NCBI RefSeq assembly: GCF_009914755.1
Contig: NC_060927.1
DNA from: the human T2T-CHM13v2.0 reference genome, Homo sapiens
DNA: 64,000 nt
Strand: one strand, 5' to 3'
In this document: positions 27,091-38,682 of the stretch, piece after piece
How positions within the stretch are numbered: the first letter of the stretch is position 1
How the letters are laid out: every line of letters begins with the position of its first letter
Program-made: the position numbers and the translations under genes
Notes under the pieces: generated by a model
Seen by the model: the letters and a program-made list of their open reading frames with translations, nothing else
Told to the model about the DNA's origin: nothing
The model's database searches: none

Positions 27091-28768
27091 ACTGGAAACC
27101 CCTATTGTTTGTTTCTCTTTACACAATCCACAAAGCTGTAAATTTCCCATTTTCTTTTACCACTTTATTCCATGAATTTTTTTTTGTTTTCTTTTTTTCC
27201 CAGTGCACAGTTATTTTAACCATAGGAAAAAATGTAAACTCCACCCTTGGAGGCTACCCACATTTTTTAAAAATGTGACGCTGACATATATTTAGAAAAT
27301 TTCATTGGTACTTTCCTAAACAACGCATTTTAAGTGTTGCAGGACAACTTCATACAAACATATTTCTTTTAAAGGGCACTTGGATATCTTTAGTGTTTTA
27401 TAAAAGTCAGTTGACCAAGGAGAAATTTTGGCACCAAAATTTCCACACACATAGAATACTTCTATCAATAATTGAATGCAATCTTCTAATTTGAAAAATT
27501 ATATTCTTTTATTTTTAGATGAAGAAACAAATAGAATACAATGAAAATGTAGTAATGTATAGACCAAGCAAGTCTTCATGTTGTGGATTTCAAAGAATAT
27601 ACCTTTTGAGGGGCAGACTTCATAAAGATCATCTGCCATTAGGTAGGTTAGTGACTTTTCTTTAAAAGAAACAATGCCTAGAAATAATGACTAACATCAT
27701 TATACAAATTTCAAAATAATTACCAAAATAAAATTGATTGGCTATAGTAATTTATACCTTGTTCATCCTAATGTCTACCTCATCCTTCCTCTACCACCTT
27801 CTGAATTATCAGCCTTTGTAATGATTTATTTTGTAACAATCAGGCAGTAATTTTTCATTTGAATTATATGTATTATTTTCTCTTCATATTTTTCTCATAA
27901 TCACTGCATGAATTTTCTGAGGCAAATGAGGAAATTTGAGATGAAATCATATTGCGATGTATCACCCATTGCTCTTTCTCATATTTTTACTTACATTCTG
28001 TGACCTCCTCCAACTGAGCTGCAAGATATAACTACTTCTGTACTTTCAAGAAATTCTCAAAAATTAGTGGAAAGGGAGACAGCCAGTTATCACAAATGTT
28101 TTGTCCCTTGTGAAAAGCAAGAAAGGCCCTCTCAGTGAATGTGCTGGTTTTCATCTGGAGAGCAGTTGGGGATGTGAACATTCATTCAGGTGCCAGTAAC
28201 CATGATTTACTGCACCCAAGATCCAGACTGGATGATCTGTGTCTGAGCAAATGTCAGTGTGGCATACATAATGGTGCCAGCAACCACATCCTTTCCTAAA
28301 CAACTCACTACCCACCAATCCATGTGGCCAATTCTATAGAATCTCATGAACATCCTGAAATTTAGAGACCACTTCAAGAGGTAAGATGGTAGGGTGATCC
28401 TGAATAGCATGGACACATCCCTAAACTTAACCCATCTTCTGGGATCTTTCTACTCACAACTCTTCAAATGGAAACAAGACACTTTTCTTATTCTTTTACG
28501 ACTTTGAATTGGTTTTCTTTTTACTATATGATACGTTTAAATCCCTATTCAATGTAAGGAAAAGTATTATCTCCTCAGAACCAAAGAACAATGTTTTATG
28601 CTTATCCTTATTCATATTCCTCTTCTTCCAAGTATAATTGTAAGATGGTGACCATACACATCTAAATATCCTTTAGTTAGTAGTACAGTGATTTCCTGAA
28701 AAGAACTCTGAATTGGGAGCTGGGTGAATGCACCACCACTCCATCTTTGCCACAGCTCTGTGACCTTG

Positions 28769-29459
28769 TGTTGGGGAAATATTAATGAAAACAAAATCTC
28801 TCCCCTCCTAACCGAGAAAATTTCATCCCAAAAGTAGAAGAGAAAGAAAACAAATTTTATTTTTGAATAACCATTAAACTAGAATGTGATGTGTACCCAG
28901 ACAATCCACTAAAGAGATTGCAAAGACCCGTAGAAATCTCACTCCTTTATATAGCCAAGCAGATACAACTCATTATTCACATGTTGTGAAGATAAAGAGT
29001 AACTAGTCCTCAAGTAAGAGGATTTGACAATACCATTTGTCACACACAGGTCATCCTAAATTCACCTGGTAACTAAGATGATTATCTGTATTACTTAACT
29101 GACTTATCCAAAGGAAAATAAAATTTCTTATGTTTTTATGACAGAAAGTAGTTTTGCAACTTTGTGGGAGCTGACGATAGCCTCCCACCCTCCCATAGAA
29201 ACTGGGAGACAGGAGCACTGTTGTCCTTGATGATTACATTTTACAGAGATGGCTCCCAGGTGCTTGAGAAACACAATCCTGAATCATAATGTGGCAAGAA
29301 GTTTATTTAGCTTTTAAAAGGATTTATATATATATTTCAAAGAGATGAAGAACTTACAAGTTTTTCAAACTACATGCTCTAATAAAATGGGAATGGAAGT
29401 CTGTCATTTTCAACAGGGAAAATAAAGCCTCTTATTTTTCATTTGTATTTGACCTTATA
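28769..29459 (-). mobile_element. ERV1 solo LTR (MER67-like) inserted in a MIR
   Basis: Minus strand starts ..AAATGAAAAATAAGAGGCTTTATTTTCCCTGTTGAAAAT, has a TATA-like motif (plus TTTATATAG ~28947) and ends CAACA; MIR core CTGTGACCT|TGGGAC is split around it. Confidence 0.65.
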
Positions 29460-29579
29460 CTGGGACACATAATTAATTTACTCTAGACCTTTGTCACCAA
29501 TTTATAAAAGGTAAGTTTGTATTTTATAATCTCTTACCTATGTTTTATCTCTAGTGTATACATTGTCTTTTTTTAAACT

Positions 29580-30550
29580 TTTTATTTTTAACCGTGATTG
29601 TCTATCTTTTGTCAGCTTGATGTCATCTACAAATTTGATTAAGTTGCCCTCTAGGTACTTATTTAAAGAAATCGTTGAGAAAGAGAAAAGTGTCCCCTGA
29701 CATCCTGGTCTGTTGCTTACAGCTAAGCTGTGTTGTTCTCTTGCTGAACATAAACCATCTCACAGTACAGCAACATCAGAAAGGTTACTCTGAGAGTATA
29801 ATAAAGTGAAGCAAAACAAAGTCACTTGCAACTCTCAACATAGTAAACTTTATCTGCTCCTGGCTAGTATGAGTGACTGCTGCTTCCTCATCAATTATGG
29901 CTTTATCCTCCTCTAGTGTGCTTTCTTTGTAGATAAGATTGATTGAGGTACCTAATCATAAAATTTCCCCTGCTTCCTAACAGCATCCAATCCAGAGCAA
30001 AGTTCCATTTCCTTAGAACCTCCTGAAAATTACTCAGCTAAAACCTAAATCCTATAAAAGAATTCCCCATAATGAGCACTCTCACTCAGTGCAATAAATA
30101 ATAAATCCAAACAATTTTTTTTTAAACTACAGGTATGTTACTGGTGGTCTTTAGGAAAAGGGAATTGATATCATTGATTTAAAATGTAATGTGGAATAGG
30201 ACAAAACCAAGGGCAGATCCTGTGAAATAAGACTAGAGTCTTCACTGTGTATTGCCATTGATCCTTTAATCAATAACTTTGTGGTAATTCAACCCAACAC
30301 ACATCCACCTGACTATACAATAATTCACTTCATTATTCCATTTTATTCACAAGGATATCAGCAGAGGCTTTCTCAAGTTAACTTGTTTGATAATTTATGT
30401 GGTATATTTGACATTGTCCTGACTTTTCACTTTCGAGTTTTTGATGTGTGTGTGTGTATGTGTGTTTACAAATTGTACATATTCTTTAATTTGGGGTGAA
30501 AGGCAATCAAGGTAGTTTGGCTTAACATTTTTTTTACTAAACTCATGCCA
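29580..30550 (-). mobile_element. CR1/L3 LINE RT fragment, split by LTR
   Basis: Reverse complement of ~29613-29643 translates LIKFVDDIKL (CR1 LIKFADDTKL motif); 30190-30385 (ATCCACCTGACT..CACAAGGATATCA..GCTTTCTCAA) continues the L3 consensus. Confidence 0.7.
29711..30170 (+). mobile_element. MER54-like ERVL solo LTR
   Basis: TGCTGAACATAAAC..TATGAGTGACTGCTGCTTC..CAGCATCCAATCCAGAGCAAAG, CCAAT and TATA (CCTATAAAAG ~30051), AATAAA ~30093/30100. Confidence 0.7.
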
Positions 30551-30814
30551 ACACTTACTGCCTTCATACATGATGTTTAATATGATGTCTTCTACCTTAG
30601 TGGTAAAAGTCTATATTTTCCATTTTTTCCTTTTTGCCCTATCCTATTCTTACCTAAAATATCTTGAGTTTCTTTTATTTCCTCATTCAGTTAGGCTGAA
30701 TTATTTTATTCATTATTTGTTCTGTCCTTTCAATGTAAAGCTTTTTTTAAAACAAAAAAGTAAAATGATTTGTTGAAAGGTTCTCTTTTTTTTCTATAAT
30801 GTTAGGTTTGCAGT

Positions 30815-31452
30815 ATCTATTATAATCAGTGGAGCTGAGTCCCTAATACCATTAATATTCTGTTTATTACAAGAAACACTTAATAATTAACTTAAGTTTT
30901 TCAGCAAAATTAATTTATTATGTGTTTAAGAATTGTTAACCAGATCTAAAGCTGTGAACCACAAAAGCATCAAAGTTATCATGGAAGTAGAAACTGTGGG
31001 GAACAATGACCACCCCGAGTCAGGAAACAAAGGGAAACAGTTGGCATTATTGTGGCCTGGAAGCTTGGAAGAGCGATCAGTGGGCCTGGGACTCAGACTT
31101 CTGAAGAGGAGGTGTCAGCTGGCTGGTTCTGGTGTCCCCGAAGGAGTCCCTTGAAGTCAGTTCTGCAAGTGAGAAGGAAACTGCAAATTGGATTCAGGTG
31201 CCTCTGCCTGGGTGAAAAGCATTGCTGATACAATGCTCACAGGAACAGGAAGCAGATACAAGCCTGCAGAAAGGAGAAAGCCCCATCTTCACCCTCCAGC
31301 TTGTGAGTTCTTCTGGTGTCCCCATTGCCAGACTGTAGCAGGAAGAAGGTGTCAAGGCAGAAGTACTGTCTGCCGAGTCCCAGCCCAGCCCCACAAGCTG
31401 AGTACAGAAGGGTGGGTTTGGAACTGAGAGCCAATCATCAATACCTGACACA
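30815..31452 (-). mobile_element. LTR78/LTR79-like old LTR
   Basis: Right end GAGTACAGAAGGGTGGGTTTGGAACTGAGAGCCAAT..ACCTGACACA resembles the antisense start of LTR78-group elements. Confidence 0.55.
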
Positions 31453-32364
31453 AACACTCCTGAGGTCTCATGCCAGGCTTTTGTATTTGCCTTTGATTCA
31501 ATGTGCCCCTTTTTCTTCTTACATATGTCCTATCACACACAATGAATTGTTTAAGGTGCTTTACTAATGCCAAGAACCCGTCTGAACATTCCCAGTAGGG
31601 GCTGTGATTTCCAATGTGGTCACTGTCTCCAGGGCTTTATTTCCTTTTGACCAAGTTTTCCCAGTGGGTCATAATTAAACATAATTAAGCACAGAAAATA
31701 ATTTCCTTCATTATTTTCCCTTCTTTGTGAAATATGTCACTTTACATTTCCTCATAGTGACACATTTACTCACAAATCTGTTTATCTCCTGATTCCACCT
31801 CCATGATCACACATCTTGCATCCTCAATGGTATATCTCTGGAATATTCCCGAAAAGTGTTAATGAAAACCCTGGCTATCTTCTGAGAAGCTCTTTCCCTA
31901 GCAATACATATAAAATATCCTGATATTACTTCTTCATAGAAAATAAATTTTCTCTTTTTCTCTGCCATAATTGGATTTATTATATGTTAAAAACAGCAGT
32001 TACATACTAAATGTCTTACAAAATGTTTTTTATAATTTTTATGTCCTTAAATATTAAAATTTAGAAAATTTAGAGGTCAAACATTTATTTAAAATTTGGC
32101 TCTTGTAATTTGCAAACAACAGAAAGCTTATATGAGTATCTATCTTTAAACCAATTAATTAAAAATGCGCTGGGGTTAACTGGGCACCAAAGTATAAGAA
32201 CATTTTAGTTCAGTGAAAAAGCCTGAGTAGTGACCAATTAAGAAAATAAAAAGGAAATTATACTTTCAACCCCTTTTCCCCCAATTGCTCTATTTTTTTC
32301 TTTTGCTGAGTTGTACAATTTTATTTTTGTCCTTGATAATTTTACTTTATTTTAATGTGACTAG

Positions 32365-32696
32365 ATTTTTTCATTTATTTTATTTTATTTTACTTTATCT
32401 TATTTTATTTTATTATACTTTAAGTTCTAGGGTACATGTGCACAACGTGCAGGTTTGCTACATATGTATACATGTGCCATGTTGGTGTGCTGCACCCATT
32501 AACTAGTCATTTACATTAGGTATATCTCCTAATGCTATATAAAAGGCAAGAGGCCCCAGTGCATGATGTTCCCCTTCCTGTGTCCAAGTGTTCTCATTGT
32601 TCAATTCCCACCTATGAGTGAGAACATGCGGTGTTTGGTTTTTTGTCCTTGCGATAGTTTGCTGAGAATGATGGTTTCCAGCTTCATCCATGTCCC
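32365..32696 (-). mobile_element. Young L1PA (PA3-5-like) 3' end, severely 5'-truncated
   Basis: (TTTTA)n tail then TTATACTTTAAGTTCTAGGGTACATGTGCACAACGTGCAGG..TTCCAGCTTCATCCATGTCCC. Confidence 0.93.
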
Positions 32697-33924
32697 ATTA
32701 AGCCATTTTTTGACTTAGTTACCTTGCATTAAAGCAATCTGCTTTTATTCTCTCAAAGATTAGTAATTACATTTCCAGCCTTTTGAATATCTCTGTCAAT
32801 TTGAGGATATGCTCCCCACCCCCAAATTCTATAATTTCATTTTGTTTCTAATTCGGCTTCAGTATCTTCTCAGTTTGATGCCCTTTATGCTTAGATTCCA
32901 CCAGCACTGTTCTTCCTGTTCCTATTTTGCTTGGTCTTGTCTTCTATTACTATTACTCCTACACCTTTTCTTTCTTCCTCTGTGGACTTCAGACAACACA
33001 AGTGTTTTAGAGCTTAACTTTCTATTTCTTTCCTTCAGCAAGAACTCTCTTCTCCTTGCTGTGTCCTCACCGCTCTTCCTGTGTCACCTCAGGAAGTTCG
33101 CTTGCGTCCTTTCTCACTATTCTCACCACCACATCACCTGGAGTCCTTTCTCCCACCTTTTTATTTTCTTCAAACTGATGATTTATTCTCACTGATCTCA
33201 GTTGTGCAAGTTCCAACATTCTGTCTGCTATTTTGTTCTGCTTCATGGAAAACCATCCACTTGGCTATTTATTTTTATCAGTTGCTTTTCAGTAATTTAA
33301 GAAACAAATGCGTTCTTCATCACTAACAGAATACACAATTTAATGGATGACACTAACCTTCCTTTTATTTTACCTGTAAAATCTGTCCTCATTATATATT
33401 CAACTCAATTATTATTTTTACCTCACGTATATAGTTTCTGCTTGGTTTTAATACATTGTGGCAATATTATGTTCTTTTTCAAAAAACTTAAAAGCTTTTG
33501 ACAATTGCATAGCCTCATCTTCCCCTTTCCAAAACTATTACAGAGTTGGATTCCCCAGAACAAATCTAAGCTGGTCTACCATATGATGGAATTGCCAAAA
33601 TAATGCAATATTAAGAGATAAAAATGAGCAAATTCTGCCTTATACAAGAATAGAATCAGCCTAAAGTTCTCAGGCAACATAGAGCTATGTTCTCCTGATG
33701 CAGTTCAAAATAAATCAAACCTCTCTGATTACATAAATCAAACATCAGACTCTTCAATTCCCCTGGGTTGGATTACTACAATTCTCCTTTTCATTTTATT
33801 CTAATTGAACTAATAATGATTACAGTAGTTTGCATTTTCCAAAATTCCTTCAAGTATTTGATTAATACAGTACTCTGTAAATGGTAGAAAAGTAAATATT
33901 ATTTCTGGATACAGGTAGAAAAAC

Positions 33925-34439
33925 TGTTAAATTTTAAATTTGGTGTTAAATTATACCCCAACCTGCAGACAAAATGGACTCCCTGTGGCTAACTCAGATG
34001 CTCAAGTTAAAGCAGAACGAGGCAGTCATAGCAGGACGAGGGGCAGTCATGACCTCTGTGTTCTGGAAAAATGTTGCAAAAATATCACAAAATTTCCCTT
34101 TCTGCAACCAAGCCAAACTAGTTCCCCTCATCAATGAATATTGATGCCGAAAGACTATACCCAGAAATTCCCCAGCTGACCAACTAGAGTCAGCCAATAA
34201 AAGATACTTAGGTTTTAGACCTAAGGTTCAAGGTTCAATCAACATTCTGTTACTTACTCCCCAGATCCCCCTTCATGGCCTTGCAGTTTTTTGCCTTTAT
34301 AATCTCCGACTCTCCAACCTCTTCTTGGAGCACACTTTCACTTTGTCCCAAAGGCTGTGTTTCCCCAATCTATAGATTGCTTTAGGCAAATAAAGCAACC
34401 CTTTTTTGCCTCTGAAAATATTATGGTCTTCTGTTAGCA
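33925..34439 (+). mobile_element. ERV1 solo LTR (MER90-like)
   Basis: TG..CA ends; CCCCAACCTGCAGACAAAATGGACTCCCTGTGGCTAAC; TATA-like TTTATAA ~34296; AATAAA ~34389. Confidence 0.65.
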
Positions 34440-34614
34440 AAGGTCACGGAGAAGAGAAAAAGGCAATATTTAATTTTGCTTTTCTGAGTACACACTCTTT
34501 GAACTACAAAAGGGAATTTCGGAGTCCTCAGCACATTATCTTGCTAATGAGATCCCTATACAATTTGAGACACAAATTGAAATGAAAAAAAAATCTCCCA
34601 TTAGACATTGCCAT

Positions 34615-34965
34615 AAAACTCTGTTACAAATCCTTCTGGAAAGCTATTTGGCGATGGCCATCCAATATCATAAATATTTTCTTAGTATTTAATCTAATTA
34701 TCTCACTTCCAAAAATCCATCTTGAGAGAATAATCTGAAATACAAAAGCAATTCATGCACAAATACATCCATTCAGAGTTATTTATAAGTGAAATCAAAC
34801 CACATGCCAACAATTGTGAAGGTTAAACAAATATGGGAAATCCACAAGTTAGAATTATGCACAGCTGTTAAAATAAGGCTCATTATGAGTTTCTATTACT
34901 ATGAAAAATTATTGTTCTGTAAATGTTTATTGAACAGAACAGGATTCCTTTGAATGCACAAATTA
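34615..34965 (+). mobile_element. L1ME-like fragment (ORF2 end/3'UTR)
   Basis: CCTTCTGGAAAGCTATTTGGC..TCATGCACAAATACATCCATT..TTATTTATAA pattern. Confidence 0.55.
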
Positions 34966-35586
34966 TGATCACGAGTACCACATATCCTCATCCAATGTAT
35001 CTTTTCATTCATGTAAATTCAAAGTTTTCAGTGTTTTTCTGTTTTGTTTTCTGAAAATGTACTATTAAATTAATGCTACATCTTATAATCAATGGGATTT
35101 TATACTCAAGAGAAACCAGTTTTAAAAATTTATAAAAAAGCCTTCTGAAATAAAAGTCAAAAAATGTTAAAAGTTATCTGAAGTAGTGGAATTGCGGATG
35201 ATTTCTTTCTTTTACTTTTCTGCATAACTTAACAAACAGTATTAACAACACAAACTCTTTCAGAGAAGTCTGCCTATTGTCCATTCTGTCACATAATTGA
35301 ACACCTTTTTGTATCATCTATTTTCATTCCAATCAGCAATATTTTATTTTTTAGTTAATTCTTCTAATATCCCACATTTTTCCTCCCCTTTTTCAGTTTA
35401 AATTCTGGTCTTTGTTTGTTTGCTTGCTTGTTCGTTTTCTTCCTATTTGTTTCCCAAGACTGCAGTAACTCATTAAAGTTTACTCTTGATCCTCCCTTTG
35501 TTCTCCTCATGGAAGCCTTTCTCTGATCTATTCTCACAGGTCTCTAGACTGGTAATTTCTCACATGATCTCAAAAAGTGACATCTT

Positions 35587-35988
<402 letters not shown>

Positions 35989-36629
35989 TTATTGGGAGGA
36001 AGTTTATATTAAGTGGACAGAATATCCTGCTTATGTCTATGAATAATAGGAAAGCTTAAGTTTATGAAAGGCATGTGTTTGTCACTCAAACATGTCTTAG
36101 AAGACTAGTACTCATCAGTAAAAATGCCAGTACATAAGATTACTTTTTCACTATTGAACTTTCATAGTTGTGCACAATGCCTCTCCAAGCAGAACAAAAC
36201 ATGTTTCATAGAATGTAAATTTTATGTAAGGAGTGAAGGAGAGTTGTCATCAAGGATGTTAACATACAGTATGATAACTAGCTGAGCCTCTGAACTAGCT
36301 TAATTATATGAAGCTAGAGCACAATTTCCCTTGACTATGAGATTGCTGGAAAAATGGTAACAAGTAACAAGTGTTGATGGCTCATCAAATAGCACCAAAC
36401 CCCAAACAGATAAAGTAAATAAGATATGAGAGTCACAGTGGTAAAATGAGGAGAATATTCTGTCCAGCACTGAACCGACACTATACTGTATGTTATGTCA
36501 ATTTAATAATTAAGAAAGTATTTTAAAATTTCTTCCTAAAATGGATGAATAAAAATTACTATTTTCTCAAACTCCACAGAAATGCAGTTTTTTAAGAAAT
36601 TAGAGTGTACTTGAACCCACAAAGGACTG

Positions 36630-36838
36630 CGAGGCATAGTAGTAAGTACAAGAGCTTAAGTGTGGGACTGTCTGGATTCTATATTGGCTCTGCTAACTTG
36701 GGCAAGTTGCTTAACCTCTCTATACCTCAATCTCTTCATTGGTGAAATGGGAATAATAATAAAACCTAATGCAAAGCATAATTATATTAATTAAATAATT
36801 CGTTAGTTATGAATTACTTAGAAAAATGTCTAGTATAT
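36630..36838 (+). mobile_element. MIR SINE
   Basis: TTGGGCAAGTTGCTTAACCTCTCTATACCTCAATCTCTTCATTGGTGAAATGGGAATAATAAT core. Confidence 0.8.
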
Positions 36839-37395
36839 TGTATTAGTCAACGTTCTCCAGAAAAACAAAATCAAGAGGAGAGTTACTATGGAAATTAGCT
36901 CACATGATTATTCAGGCCTAGAAGCCCCATAATATGTCATTTGCAGCTGGAAATCCAGGAAACTATGTAGTATAATTCAGTCTGAGTTCAAAGGCATGAG
37001 AACCAGCTGAGCCAATGTTGTAACCCTCAGTCCAAGGTCGAAGTGATGAGAACTGGAGGAGGAGGGGTGCTGGTGTTAAGTCCTAAGATCTGAAGGTTCG
37101 AGACCAGGAGCTTTGATATCTGATTTCCAAGGGCAAAAGGTGATGGATGTCCAGCTCAAGAAAAGACAAAGAATCCACCCTTTCTCTGCCTTTTTGTTGC
37201 ATCTTCAATAACTGAGGGTCAGGATTGGATGGATGATAGTCACCTAAACTGGTAAGGGTGACCTTCTTGATTCATTCTGTTGTCCCAAATGCTAATCTCT
37301 TCCAGGACGCTCTCACAGACACACCCAGAAATGATGTTTTACCCACTGAGCCTTCCTTAACCGGATCATGTTGACACATAAAATTAACCATTACA
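36839..37395 (-). mobile_element. MLT2B-like ERVL solo LTR
   Basis: TGTATTAGTC..TTCTCCAGA start and TTGACACATAAAATTAACCATTACA end, the antisense MLT2 termini. Confidence 0.85.
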
Positions 37396-37578
37396 TATGT
37401 AACACATACTAAATAAGTTTTGTTAAATCAATTAAGAAAGGAACCTTGAAAGAAGGTCAAGGTTGTGTTTTAGATTATGTTTCACTGGTTGAGGTAATCA
37501 CCCAGAGGGGTCTGGACCCAGCAATGGACTATATTACTGATGTGGTCTATCTGTTAATAAATATGGCAGAAAAATTGC

Positions 37579-38001
37579 TGTAATGGTCGTTTGTATGTGT
37601 CAGCCTGACTAGGTTATAGTACTCAGTTGTTTAATGAAATACTAATCTTGGCATTGCTATAAAGATATTTTGTAGAGGAGATTAACACATACAATCCATC
37701 AACTTTATGTACAAGAGAATATCTTTCATAATCTATCTAGAGCTGACTCAATCCATTGAAAGGCAAAGCAGAACTGCAGTTTCCCTAAGAAGAAATTCTA
37801 CCTGAGGGCAGTAGTTTTAGCACCTGCCCGAGTTTGCAGCCTGTCCTTCCTCCAGGTTTACACTGCTACAGACTTCAGATTTGCCTAGCCAGCTGTGACC
37901 CTTGCATAAGCCAGTTCCTTGCAATAAGTCTCTCTCTCTCTCTCCATCTTTCTCTCTCCCTTCTACTAGTTCTGTTTCTCTAGTAGAACACTCACTGATG
38001 T
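37579..38001 (+). mobile_element. MLT2C/D-like ERVL solo LTR
   Basis: TGTAATGG..TATGTGTCAGCCTGACTAGG start; AGCCAGTTCCTTGCAATAA, (TC)n, TAGTTCTGTTTCTCTAG end. Confidence 0.8.
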
Positions 38002-38602
38002 AATTGTCAAAACTGCTAAACCAGGTATTTGTGTTGGACTTAAAATATGTTGCTAGGAGAATAGAAGAATAGACCAGTCCAGAGGGTTGTTTGTGGAGTT
38101 AACCATAAATGTTGACATTTTTGTGCAGGAATATATCACCGTTTTGAGCAATTTACAGCAAGATGAACACGACTGGGATCTAGGCACTGAATTCACAACT
38201 GCGAATCAATTACTTACAGAAAACATATGTTTAGCCTAGGAAATAATACTACAGTAGCCATCCATGGGTTGGCAGTGATTGTGTTTCCTACAGGCAGGGA
38301 GATGGGGAGATAAAGTGTGAGAAGAAAGGAGTCAGAAGTGACCATTGTTGAACTTCACTAGTTGGATAATCAGCTTGAATTATACTCTTTAGGGGAAAGT
38401 AATCAGGCTGACACATTTCTGTAAGCTTCTAAGAATCAAAACAACAAAATACAAACCCAAAAGCCAGAAGTAAACTAGGTACAACAGAAGAGTAGTTGGT
38501 TTTTCTTTTCCCCTTGAAGACAGAGCCCGGCAGGTAAGGCCCGTAGTGGGTGGAGTTAAGCCCAGATTTCAGCCTAGAGCAGCCCCAAATCAGGTTAAAG
38601 TA

Positions 38603-38682
38603 TTATGTTGGTGCAAAAGTTATTGAGGTTTTTGCCATTACTTTCAATAGCAGAAACTGCAATTACTTTTGTACCAACCTAA
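38603..38682. mobile_element. MADE1 (Hsmar1-derived MITE), complete 80 bp
   Basis: TTATGTTGGTGCAAAAGTTATTGAGGTTTTTGCCATT ACTTTC AATAGCAGAAACTGCAATTACTTTTGTACCAACCTAA with TA TSDs at 38601-2 and 38683-4. Confidence 0.95.

Noticed and set aside
32809-33326. Leu/Phe/Ser-rich ORFs suggesting transmembrane helices
   Set aside because: Result of a pyrimidine-rich strand; no splice structure or homology evident.
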